The notes beneath the pieces are model-generated. The model did not search any database. It worked only from the letters and a program-made list of their open reading frames with translations, and was not told where the DNA came from. 64,000 bases of DNA from an uncultured Acidobacteriota bacterium (GTDB taxonomy: Bacteria; Acidobacteriota; Vicinamibacteria; Fen-336): assembly GCA_963847655.1 (NCBI GenBank), contig CAWKAS010000014.1, positions 29,584 to 93,583 on the forward strand. The letters are read 5' to 3'. This document shows positions 1-9,345 of the stretch, in pieces; position 1 is the stretch's first letter, and each line of letters begins with the position of its first letter. The position numbers were made by a program, and so were the translations under genes.

Positions 1-1
1 G

Positions 2-760
2 GAGATCCTCGAGGCGATGCGACACAGCCAGGGGTACGCGCTCACCGCGACCTCCAACGGTCCCCGGCTGCAGGCGGAGGTGCTGCTGCGTCTCATCCGT
101 GGTGCCGAGGCCACGGACGCGCAGCGCCGGCCTCTCTACGTCGGCCACCGGGAGTGGTACGAGGCCTTTCTCGAGCGCACCGGTCTTCCCTCCGGGCGCG
201 CCCCGCTCTACGTCCGCAAGGCGTGGGAGAGCCGCCAGGACCTGGTGCTCGACTACCGCCGCGAGCGGGTGATCGACGCGGTGCTGGAGGGCCCTCGCCC
301 CACGACGGTGGCCAACGTCGAGATCTTCTGGCCGGACCTGCCCGGCGCGCCCGAGCAGTTCTCCTACGACGACCTGCAGTCCGACCCCACCCTCCGTGTC
401 ACCCAGAAGCGCCTGATCCGCTACCGCCTGATCGACTACCCCGACCGTCGGTGGTACGCGGAGGTGAGCGGTCTCCACGGACGTCCGACCTCGGGGGCGC
501 TCGGGCTTCTCTTCAAGGTGCTGGGCGAGGCACGCGTGGTGGAGACCCGCACCGCCCTCTCCCCGGACGGCCTGGTCATCGTCCGCGGCCGCGGCCGCAA
601 GCTGGGTCTCACCCGCGTGGGCACGGTCACGGTCTGGCCCGACGGGCACGCGCGCAAGGGCGTGCCAAGGGATCGGCCCGACCTCCGGGCGTTGGCCCGG
701 CGCCTGAAGGAACCGCTGCAGATCCGCTTTCGGCCGTTCGAGCGCCTCGCGCCCCGGTGA
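2..760 (+). CDS. Hypothetical protein, 5' partial (reading frame continues upstream of the window; first in-window Met at 17)
   Basis: 247-aa ORF with high GC3 coding bias and no stops; the frame is open back to position 2. No recognisable motif. Confidence 0.5.
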   Translation, partial: EILEAMRHSQGYALTATSNGPRLQAEVLLRLIRGAEATDAQRRPLYVGHREWYEAFLERTGLPSGRAPLYVRKAWESRQDLVLDYRRERVIDAVLEGPRPTTVANVEIFWPDLPGAPEQFSYDDLQSDPTLRVTQKRLIRYRLIDYPDRRWYAEVSGLHGRPTSGALGLLFKVLGEARVVETRTALSPDGLVIVRGRGRKLGLTRVGTVTVWPDGHARKGVPRDRPDLRALARRLKEPLQIRFRPFERLAPR

Positions 761-767
761 GGCGAGG

Positions 768-1649
768 CTACTGAGCGGGAGCCGGTATCGGCCTCTCCAC
801 CGGCGCCGCCAGCGCGGCCTTGAGCTCGCGCAGCTTGGCCTGGACGACCTTAACGTTGCGCGGGCCCATCCTCAGGAACTGCTTCTGGGCCGGAGTCAGC
901 TGCTCGTAGCGGGAGTCGCGGTAGCGGAAGGTCGTCGCGTGCGGCACGAGCTCGACCGCGTCGTCGAGGACCGGGACCGCCAGCAGGTTGTCGAGGGCGC
1001 GGTGGAGAATGGTCCGGAATCGCACGTCCGGCATCCCGAAGTCCTGGAAGGCGACCTCGAAGAGCGGCTCGACGGAGCGGTAGGTACGCGCCGTGGCCTC
1101 GGCATCGAGAGAGGCGATGGCGTCCGCCATCACGTCGTAGCCCTCGAAGCCCGCCGGGTCGGGGACCAGCGAGCGCCCCACCCGCTTCGTAACGAAGCGC
1201 GTCTTCGGCTCGAGGAACCTCAGGTGGGGCCTGGGGGACTCGCCGGTGGCCACGTTCACCGTGACCGCGGTGGCCGTTCGGACGAGCTGGCTCTGGGCGA
1301 GCCAGCGAGCCAGCTCGGGGTTGGAGGACAGCGCGGCCATCAGCTCCCGGACGAGACCGTCGCTCTCGTCGAGGGACGGCAGGACCAGGGGGCTCGCGCT
1401 GGGGGCCGGGGCGGGGGTGGGAGGGGCGGTGGCGATCGGAGGCGGGGTGGACTCGACGTCCGGCTCCGCCGGGGTCCGGAAGAGGAGGTAGAGCGCGGCC
1501 AGGAGGCCGACGGCGACGATCGCGACGAGGGCCAGCAGGGCGGGAAAGAGGAGCCCACCCTCCTTCTTCTCCGGATCGGGGCGGTATGGTGGGGGGGGCT
1601 CGTCCGGCGACGCGGTGCGTTCCAGCTCGTATTCCTCGAGATCGGACAT
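768..1649 (-). CDS. DUF3014-like single-pass membrane protein
   Basis: Likely start at MSDLEEYELERT. It has an N-terminal TM helix (LLFPALLALVAIVAVGLLAALYLLF), a Pro/Ala/Thr-rich linker, then a conserved C-terminal domain. The upstream part of the 343-aa ORF looks like a non-coding extension. Confidence 0.5.
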   Translation of the reverse strand: MSDLEEYELERTASPDEPPPPYRPDPEKKEGGLLFPALLALVAIVAVGLLAALYLLFRTPAEPDVESTPPPIATAPPTPAPAPSASPLVLPSLDESDGLVRELMAALSSNPELARWLAQSQLVRTATAVTVNVATGESPRPHLRFLEPKTRFVTKRVGRSLVPDPAGFEGYDVMADAIASLDAEATARTYRSVEPLFEVAFQDFGMPDVRFRTILHRALDNLLAVPVLDDAVELVPHATTFRYRDSRYEQLTPAQKQFLRMGPRNVKVVQAKLRELKAALAAPVERPIPAPAQ

Positions 1650-1911
1650 GTCTGCCTCTCCTGTCGAGACTACGCCAAACCGCCCGCCGGCCGCCAGGAT
1701 GGCCTCTTCACAGGGGTGAACGGCCCGGCCGGCCCGGGAGTTCCCTGCCTCCTCCGGGGGGCCAGGGGGACGGACCGAGAGGAGGAGGACCAGCGTCACC
1801 CCCGGGGCGCAGGTGCCAGGCCGTCGCGCGAGGAGCTTCTCCGTGGGCAGAGAAGCAGGCTAGAATCATGGTTTCGGACTCAACCGATCACGGACGCGGA
1901 GGACAGACGGG

Positions 1912-2244
1912 ATGGCTCACACCTACGAGGAGCTGCACAAGAAGACGGTCGCGGAGCTGCGGGACATCGCCAAGGACATCGACCACGAGGCGGTCCAGGG
2001 TTACACCCAGCTGAACAAGGAGCACCTGCTCCCCGCGATCTGCGACGCCCTGGGCATCAAGATCGAGAAGCACCACCGCCACGAGCCGACGGGCATCGAC
2101 AAGGGGAAGGTCAAGGAGCAGCTGAAGCAGCTGAGGGCCGACCGGCAGAAGGCGCTCGAGGCCGGCGACCGCGCCGAGCTCAAGGCAATCCGCCGGAAGT
2201 ACCACCGCCTGAACCACCGGATTCGCGCGGCCACCGTCGCGTAG
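1912..2244 (+). CDS. Rho termination factor N-terminal (Rho_N) domain-containing small protein
   Basis: 110 aa; KTVAELRDIAKDI...GYTQLNKEHLLPAI matches the Rho_N helix-turn-helix fold, followed by a basic helical tail. Confidence 0.55.
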   Translation: MAHTYEELHKKTVAELRDIAKDIDHEAVQGYTQLNKEHLLPAICDALGIKIEKHHRHEPTGIDKGKVKEQLKQLRADRQKALEAGDRAELKAIRRKYHRLNHRIRAATVA

Positions 2245-2250
2245 GGGACT

Positions 2251-4101
2251 CTAGGGCCACTCCTCCCCGCAGAGGCAGTGGCCGTAGAGCCCCTTCGGGT
2301 CGTTCCACAGGGCGAGGCGTCCGAGCTCGGCCTCGATCGAGCGGAGGCCCACCGCCACCGGGCCGGCGGACCCGGTCGAGAGGGGCCGCTCTCCGGCCGC
2401 GTCCAGGAGGCGCCGGATGAGCCGCTCGCGCAGGCTCGGCTCCTCCTCCACGTAGAAGACCCGGTAGCCCTCGTCGAGATCGGCCCGCCTTGCCGCGGAC
2501 TCGATGGCCTCCGGCAGGTCCCCCAGCCGGTCCACGAGACCCAGCTCCAGGGCGGCGGTGCCGGTCCACACCCGCCCCCGGGCGATGCGGTCCACCTCGT
2601 CCCAGCTCTGGCCCCGCGCCTCGGCGACGCGCCCCACGAAATCCCGGTAGGCGTCGTCGATCCAGAGCTGCATCGCCTCGCCCACACGCGGGTCGAGGGG
2701 GCGGCCCGGGTTGAAGGCGCCGGTGTAGCTCGTGGTGCCCACGCCGTCGAGGTGGACGCCGAGGTACCGGGCCAGGGCCTCGTCCACGGTGGGGAAGAGG
2801 GCGAAGATCCCGATGGAGCCGGTGACGGTGGAGGGGTGGGCCCAGATCTCGTCGGCGGCGCTGGAGATGAAGTAGGCGGCGGAGGCCGCGGTGCTGCCCA
2901 TGGACACCACCAGGGGCTTGCCCTCCGCGCGCACGAGCTCGCATTCCCGGCGGATCAGCTCGGAGGCGAAGACGCTCCCTCCGGGGCTGTCGATGCGGAG
3001 CACGATGGCCTTCGCGTTCTCGTCGCGCCGGGCACGACGAATGAGGCGGGAGGTCGAGTCGCCGCCGATGCGGCCCGGGGGTTGGGATCCGTCGAGGACG
3101 TCGCCGGCGGCCACCACGACGGCCACCCCCTCGCCTCGGCCCCCGTGCCGACGGTCGCCCTCGCGCGCGGCGAGATAGGTGCGCCACGAGACCTGGTCGA
3201 AGGTCTCGCCCTCGTCGTCTTCTCCGACGAGCTCGATCATGCGCTGGCGCACCTCGTCACGCCGGGCGAGGCGGTCGACGAAGCCGGCGTCGAGGGCCGC
3301 CTTCGCCAGGTCCCCTCTCGCGCTCCGGAGCTGCTCCAGGGTGGTGTCGATCCACCCCTGGATCTCCTCGGGGCGTCGCCCCCGGGCCGAGGCCACGTCC
3401 GCCAGCCAGGTCGCCCACAGGTCGCCGTAGACCTCGAGGGCGGCCTCGCGGGCTTCGGGAGACATGTCGTTCCGCAGGTAGGGCTCCACCGCCGACTTGT
3501 ACTCGCCCACGCGGAAGACGTGGACGTCGATCCCGTAGCGGTCGAGCCCCTCCCGGTAGTAGGGCCGGTACCCCCCGAAGCCCTCCAGGACGAGCAGCCC
3601 CTCGGGGTGCAGGACGGCCTCGTCGGCGTGGGCGAGCAGGTAGTAGGGACGCTGGGTCAGGATCTCGGAGTAGGCGAGCACCGTCTTGCCGCTGGCCTCG
3701 AAGTCGAGCAGGGCCTCGCGCACGGCGCGGAGCTTGCTCATGCCGCCGCCCCGGAAGTCGTCGAGGTCGAGGTAGAGGGCGGCGATGCGCTCGTCGTCCT
3801 TCGCCAGGCGAAGCGCGTCCAGCACGTCGCGCAGGAGGATCTCCGCCGGACCGGGGGGCAGGCCCAGCAGCGGCTCGGCGAGGCTTCGCGACGTCCGACC
3901 CGAGAGCTGCTCCACCAGGACACCCTGCGGGTTCAGGACGAGGGCCGCCCGGTCCGGGACGCGGGGTCGCGAACGGTAGGCCGTCACCGCGAGGGCGACG
4001 AGCGCGACGAGCAGCCCGAGGAGGAGCACGCCGGCGGCGAGACGCTGGAGGGCCTCGAGGGCCCGGCCGAGGCGCTGCAGGACGGACGGTCGGTCGCTCA
4101 T
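2251..4101 (-). CDS. sppA: Signal peptide peptidase SppA (protease IV, 67K type)
   Basis: 616 aa with an N-terminal TM anchor and two tandem ClpP/crotonase-like halves (LDIDSPGGSV.. and SMGSTAASAAYFIS.. serine-protease motifs). Confidence 0.85.
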   Translation of the reverse strand: MSDRPSVLQRLGRALEALQRLAAGVLLLGLLVALVALAVTAYRSRPRVPDRAALVLNPQGVLVEQLSGRTSRSLAEPLLGLPPGPAEILLRDVLDALRLAKDDERIAALYLDLDDFRGGGMSKLRAVREALLDFEASGKTVLAYSEILTQRPYYLLAHADEAVLHPEGLLVLEGFGGYRPYYREGLDRYGIDVHVFRVGEYKSAVEPYLRNDMSPEAREAALEVYGDLWATWLADVASARGRRPEEIQGWIDTTLEQLRSARGDLAKAALDAGFVDRLARRDEVRQRMIELVGEDDEGETFDQVSWRTYLAAREGDRRHGGRGEGVAVVVAAGDVLDGSQPPGRIGGDSTSRLIRRARRDENAKAIVLRIDSPGGSVFASELIRRECELVRAEGKPLVVSMGSTAASAAYFISSAADEIWAHPSTVTGSIGIFALFPTVDEALARYLGVHLDGVGTTSYTGAFNPGRPLDPRVGEAMQLWIDDAYRDFVGRVAEARGQSWDEVDRIARGRVWTGTAALELGLVDRLGDLPEAIESAARRADLDEGYRVFYVEEEPSLRERLIRRLLDAAGERPLSTGSAGPVAVGLRSIEAELGRLALWNDPKGLYGHCLCGEEWP

Positions 4102-4114
4102 CGTCGTCTCCCGG

Positions 4115-4525
4115 TCAGTTGCCCGAGTCCTCCGCCTCGGCCAGGCGATCGAAGATCAGGCCGTGGAAGCGGCTGTCGCCGGAGCGGAAGAGCCAGCCCA
4201 GGTGCTCCCCGCAGCCGAGGCAGACCGCGATCTGCCAGGCGTAGCCGGGGAACCAGGTGTGGCGCAGGCTCGCCTCGCTGACCGCGCCGCAGCCCGGGGC
4301 GACGGCAAAGCAGCCGATGTGGAAGAGGATGCCGTGGGGATTGGAGAAGGAGTGGGCGTGGCTCCCCGACATCTCGATCCGGGCGCTCGTGGTGGTGACG
4401 CTCCGGAGGCACGCGGCGCACACCAGGACGCGGCCGTCGTCGTCGTCCGCCGCGTCGCGCCGTTCGGGCTGGCGGACGTCGGCCGGCTGGTCCGGGGCGC
4501 GCTGGAGCAGGTGTGCGGTCGACAT
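4115..4525 (-). CDS. Cereblon-family CULT domain protein (bacterial cereblon isoform)
   Basis: 137 aa from MSTAHLL. It has two CxxC pairs (CAAC...CLGC) and the three Trp cage residues (WFPGYAW..GWLF). It aligns along its full length with Magnetospirillum MsCI4-type single-domain cereblon. It ends 13 nt upstream of the sppA start. Confidence 0.8.
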   Translation of the reverse strand: MSTAHLLQRAPDQPADVRQPERRDAADDDDGRVLVCAACLRSVTTTSARIEMSGSHAHSFSNPHGILFHIGCFAVAPGCGAVSEASLRHTWFPGYAWQIAVCLGCGEHLGWLFRSGDSRFHGLIFDRLAEAEDSGN

Positions 4526-4569
4526 GATCGCCGGGCCCTCTCCCCGGATGTTACCCCCGCACGGCCTCT

Positions 4570-4668
4570 CGGGGTCAGGTCTTGCATCTCGCATCGCGAC
4601 CGCCGGTCCCGACGCGACGCCGGAATGCGGGCCTGACCGCATTCACGCATCGGGCAAGACCTGACCCC
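4570..4668. repeat. Perfect 15-bp inverted repeat (GGGGTCAGGTCTTGC / GCAAGACCTGACCCC) enclosing ~70 nt, in the divergent cereblon/radical-SAM intergenic region
   Basis: Read directly from the sequence. Internal direct repeats GCATC(T)CGCATCG lie inside it. Confidence 0.6.
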
Positions 4669-4758
4669 CCAACCCGTGTGGATCATCCGTACTAGAGCGT
4701 TTGGTGACACAGCCGTGACAGTCGCCGATGGATCGAGTCGCTACAGTTGCTGGTCACT

Positions 4759-6517
4759 ATGCGTCTTTCAAGCGACGGCCACCCCCTCCACCCCAAGGGC
4801 TCACGGGCCCGCGTCCTCCTGTGCAGCGTCTTCGGGCCCTACGCCCGGGACGACGAGTACGGGAGCCGCTCCGTGAACCCCATGGAGCTCTACCAGAACC
4901 AGGTCACGCGGATGCAGGGCCCCTTCTCCCTGCGGATGTTCCACCGCTCCTGGGGATTGATGCTCATCCAGGCCAACATCGAGGCCCCGTGCACGCTCCT
5001 GGACTTCCCGGACCTGGAGCGCTTCGAGGCCGAGCTGCGGGAGCACGAGTACGACGTCGTCGGCATCGGCGCCATCATCCCGAACGTCGGCAAGGTCGCG
5101 AAGATGTGCGCGGTCATCCGCGAGCTCCAGCCGAACGCGACGATCGTCGTCGGCGGGCACGTGGCCAACCACGACCGGATCGACGAGCTGGTCGACGCCG
5201 ACCACGTGGTGCGGGGCGAGGGCGTGCAGTGGTTCCGGCGCTTCCTCGGGGAGGACGCGACGCAGCCGTTCCGTCACCCGCTCATCCAGTCCGGCTTCGG
5301 CACGCGCATCCTGGGGGTGAACGGCTCGGACGAGTTGGCGGACACCGCGGCCACCGTCATCCCCTCGGTCGGGTGCCCGCTCGGCTGCGACTTCTGCGCC
5401 ACCTCGGCCATGTTCGGAGGCAAGGGGCGCTCGTTCGACTTCTACTCCTCGGGCGACGAGCTCTACGACCTGATGGCCGGGCTCGAGGAGAGAGATGGGC
5501 GTCTCCGCCGTTCTTCGTCATGGACGAGAACTTCCTCCTGCACCGCAGGCGGGCGATGCGCCTGCTGGAGCTGATGAGGGAGAACGGGAAGGCCTGGTCG
5601 TTCATGGTCTTCAGCTCCGCCAACGCGCTGCGGCTCTACGCCATGGAGGATCTCGTCGCGCTGGGCATCTCGTGGGTGTGGATGGGCCTCGAGGGCGACG
5701 GGGCCGCGTACCGCAAGCTGAAGAACGCCGACACCCGGGCGCTGGTGCGGGAGCTGCAGTCGCAACGGGATCCGCGTCCTCGGCTCGAGCATCGTCGGCC
5801 TGCGCGAGCACACCCCGGAGAACATCGACGCCGCCATCGACTACGCGGTCAGCCACGACACCGACTTCCACCAGTTCATGCTGTACACGCCGGTCCCCGG
5901 GACGCCCCTGTGGAAGAAGCACAAGGAGGAGGCGACGCTGCTCGACGAGAGCGAGTGCCCGACCGCCGACGTGCACGGCCAGACCCGCTTCAACTACCGC
6001 CACCCCCACATCCAGGACGGCCAGGAAGGGGAGATGCTGATCCGGGCCTTCCGGCGCGACTTCGAGGTGAACGGGCCCAGCATCGTCCGCATGCTGGGGA
6101 CGCTGCTGAAGGGGTATCTCCGCCACCGCGAGCACCCCGACCCGCGGGTGCGCGCACGCTTCTGGTGGGAGACCCGGGACCTCCGAAAGCACCTACGCGG
6201 GGATCGTCTGGGCGTCGGAGCGCTGGTTCCGCTCGAGCCCGGCCGTCCGCGCGAAGATCCGCGCGGTGCGCGACGATCTCCGGGCCGCCTTCGGATGGCG
6301 CAGCGCGGTCTGGGGAGCCGCGGTCGGCCCGGTCCTCCTGGCCGCCCTCTGGCTCGAGCAGCGCCGCCTGGACCGCGGGTGGACGTACGAGCCCCCCACC
6401 TTCTACGAGACCAACAGTCCCCTGGCCGACGCCGGCCGCGGGCGGGGCCCCGTCCCCGTGCCGGTGCGCTGGGTGGAACCCACGGTCGTCCCCCATGCCG
6501 AGGCCCAGACCGCCTAG
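4759..6517 (+). pseudogene. B12-binding radical SAM protein (DUF4070-type C-terminus), disrupted by three frameshifts
   Basis: N-terminal B12-binding domain, then the CPLGCDFC (CxxxCxxC) motif. The frame shifts 1->3 near 5500, 3->1 near 5760 and 1->2 near 6185, and each segment reads as good radical-SAM sequence (FFVMDENFLL...; NGIRVLGSSIVGL...; STYAGIVWASERWF...). The TAG stop at 6515-6517 lies inside a MITE terminus. An alternative TTG start sits at 4747. Confidence 0.75.
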
Positions 6518-6700
6518 GCGCGTCTCGTCACTGAAGTCGAGCACACAAGGCTCTCAGCGCGGCCAAGGGACTCGGCGGGCGGGGACCCCGGCGAGGACCC
6601 TGCTTCACTTCGTAGCTTGCGGGCCCGCAGCTGGGGTGCCCGCCGAGCCCCCGAGGCGACACGGGCCGTGAAGTAGACCCGACTTCGGTGACAGAACTAG
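6514..6700. mobile_element. MITE-like non-autonomous repeat element, copy A (187 bp, CTAG termini, imperfect ~23-bp TIRs, central palindrome)
   Basis: About 90% identical to the reverse complement of 34473-34658. The termini are CTAGGCGCGTCTCGTCACTGAAGTCG ... CGACTTCGGTGACAGAACTAG. The central palindrome is CTGCGGGCCCGCAG. Confidence 0.6.
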
Positions 6701-6706
6701 GCGCCT

Positions 6707-8292
6707 TCAGGCCCCATAGCCCTTGGGGGGGCGGAAGCCCCCGACGACGTCGGCCATCCCTCGGGCGACGTCGATGGGCGTCGCGTCCTCGAGGTAGGGG
6801 CCGAGGATCTGGATCCCGCACGGGAGCCCGTCGCGGGTCTGCCCCACGGGAGCGGTCGTGGCGGGCAGGCCGGTCAGCGTCGCGAACGAGATCCAGAACA
6901 TGCAGGTCCAGGTACGGTCGTGGGCCCTCGGGGGTGGCGAGCCGTCGGTCTTCCCGGGGCATCCGGTGGTCGTGGGGAAAGGCGGCCACGAAGGCGGTGG
7001 GCATCAGGAAGGCGTCGTGCGTGCGGAAGTACTCCTGCCAGATCGCCCGGGCGACCATCCTCCGGCTGCTCGCGGCCTGGAAGTGCCGGTGGGGGTCCAC
7101 CCGCGCCTGGGCTCGGAGGGCCTGAAGTCCTCCCGTCGGGTCCGCCGCGCGGGCCCGCTCCCGCTCCAGGTCCTCGTCCTCGAGGTCGAAGGCGAAGAAG
7201 GCGCTGAGCAGGTACCAGTAGGTCTCGAACTGCTCCCGTGGCACCACGCCCTCGGGCCAGCCCTCCTCGAGCCTGAGCCCGTCCCGGCGAAGGGCGTCGA
7301 TCGCGCCCGCCAGTGTCTCCCGCACGTCGGAGGAAAGCGGGCACTGCGGGTCGTCGAGGACGTAGCCGATGCGGTAGTCGTCCAGGCGAGCCTGGCGCGC
7401 CGGAGGCAGGGTCCAGCGGTAGGCGATGGCGTCGTCGCCCACCGGCCCGCCGAGCACGCCGAGCGACGTCGCCAGGTCCTCCGCGTGCCGCGCCATGGGG
7501 CCAGCCACCGGCAGGTCGGTGGGAGGCTGGGGGAGGCTGCCCGGAAGAGGCGGGATCTGGCCCCGTCGCGGGACGACGTTCAGGGTGGGCTTGTGACCGT
7601 AGACCCCGCAGAAGTGCGCGGGGGTGCGGATGGAGCCCCCGATGTCACTGCCCAGGGCCACGAATCCGAGCCCCGCGGCCAGCGCGGCGGCGTTGCCCCC
7701 GCTCGAGCCGCCGGGGGTGCGCGCGAGGTCCCAGGGGTTGTTGGTGGTGCCGTAGACCTCGTTGTAGCTCTGCAGGTCCCCGAGCAGGAGGGGCACGTTG
7801 GTGTTCCCCACGACGACCGCCCCGCCGGCACGCAGGCGGGCGACCGCCTCGGAGTCCTCGGCGGCCCGGTGATCGGCCAGGGAGGGCACCCCGACGGTCT
7901 GGGGCACGCCCGCGATGCCGAATGACTCCTTGATGGCCACCGGCACCCCGTGGAGGGGTCCCCAGCGCTCGCCCCGCGCCGAGCGCCTCGTCGGCGGCGC
8001 GGGCCCGGGAGAGGGCGGAGTCCGACAGGACGTTCACGTAGGCGTTCAGGGCCGGGTTGTAGCGGGCGACACGGTCGAGGACCTCCCGAGTGAGCTCGAC
8101 GGACGAGAGCTGCCGCCTGGCGATCGCCCGAGCGGCCTCGCTCGCGGAGGCGAAGGCCAGCCCTGGCGGGCGGGCCCCGCCGCGGGCCCAGGGGGCGCTT
8201 CGACCCAGGACGGCGGCGGCTCCGGCGCCCAGGGCACCGGAGACGAAGGCGCGCCGCGTGGAGACACGGCGCGGTGGTGCGGCCCACGGCAT
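6707..8292 (-). pseudogene. Amidase (amidase-signature family) with Tat signal peptide, disrupted by two frameshifts
   Basis: Tat signal RRAFVSGALGAGAAAVLG; GGSSGG motif; K...S..S catalytic region; C-terminus GLPCGIQILGPYLEDAT. The frame shifts near 7965 (a GGGG run) and near 6900. Confidence 0.8.
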
Positions 8293-8368
8293 GGGGGTCC
8301 TCCTCGGGGAACGACCGGGAGGTTAGCACGTGTCCTGGCGCCTCGTGGGGGCCCGGGTCTCGTTTGGA

Positions 8369-9206
8369 TCAGTCGGTGCCGGGCTCGTCCGCCTCGGCGG
8401 GCCGGGCGCCCAGGCCCGCCACCACGTCGATGCCGCCGTTGACCGTCTCGAGGTCGAAGCTCCCGCTTGCCGGGGCCGAGGCGGCCCTCGAGGCGGCGCT
8501 TCTTCCTGGTGGTGACCTCCAGGGGCAGGTCGCACCCGATCCCGCCGTTCACCGTCGTGGCCTTCAGGCGGCCGCCGGTGCCCTCGGGGAGGGACAGGTC
8601 GATGCCGCCGTTGACCGTCTCGAGCTCGTACCGCCCGCCCTCCGGGACCCGGGAGAACCCGGCGCGGATGCCGCCGTTGACGGTCTGGGCCCGCAGCTCG
8701 CCCTCGAGGTCGGCGAGCTCGAGGCCGCCGTTGACGGACTCGACGCGCAGGCTTCCGGCCAGCCCCTCGACGTCCACCGGGCCGTTGACGGTCTTGAGCC
8801 GCACGTCGGCGCCCCGGGGAACGGTGAGGTCGTAGTCGACCTTCCCCCGGTGGCCGCCCGCGAACCAGCTCCCCTTCGGGTACCGGGTCTTCACCCGGAC
8901 CTCGCGGCCTTCTCCTTCGATCACGACCTCGATGTCCTCGAGAGCCGCCTCGCTGGTGGCGGCTCGCGTCGCCTCGATCCTCACCTCGTCTCGCGACCAC
9001 GTGCGGAGCGTGATGCGGCCGTTCACGTTCTCGAGCTCGAAGCGCCCGTCCGGCTCCAGGGCGCGCGTCTCGTCGACGACGTCGCGAGCGTTCAGCGGCG
9101 CGCTCGGGAAGCCCGTGCAGGAGGCCAGGACGAGAGCCGCGACGACCGCGGCGGTCAGGGTCGAAAAGCGGTGCATTGACATGGGCTTGCCCTCCAACAT
9201 GAGCAA
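8369..9206 (-). pseudogene. DUF4097 (putative adhesin, VNG-repeat) lipoprotein, one frameshift near the 3' end
   Basis: Lipobox LVLASC; repeated VNGxI/V beta-strand motifs. The C-terminal ...GSFDLETVNGGIDVVAGLG... is found in another frame, with a shift near 8460. An alternative start is at 9182. It lies 77 nt upstream of the amidase on the same strand. Confidence 0.7.
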
Positions 9207-9345
9207 CGAAGCGGGCCCGCCTCGGGTTCCACGAATCCCCCGACTTTGCCCCCTTCAGGCCGCGGCGGGCTAGAATGCGCCGATTCGTCGCCGCCGGGCG
9301 AGCCGGAAACCCCCGTCGAGCGCCAGCGGCATATCGAGGAGCCGA

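Noticed and set aside
939-2420. 493-aa ORF on the plus strand overlapping the DUF3014 and Rho_N genes
   Set aside because: It is an antisense or alternate-frame ORF typical of 70%+ GC DNA. Its translation is Arg/Gly/Pro-rich low-complexity sequence with no motifs.
4540-4760. Cobalamin riboswitch upstream of the B12-binding radical SAM gene
   Set aside because: There is an AGACCTG-like element but no GCCACTG core or other conserved B12-box features, and the geometry is wrong for RF00174.
6697-6709. The amidase stop codon being provided by the MITE terminus
   Set aside because: On coordinate check the amidase TGA (6707-6709, minus strand) lies 7 nt outside the element (which ends 6700). Only the rSAM and globin stops are inside CTAG termini.
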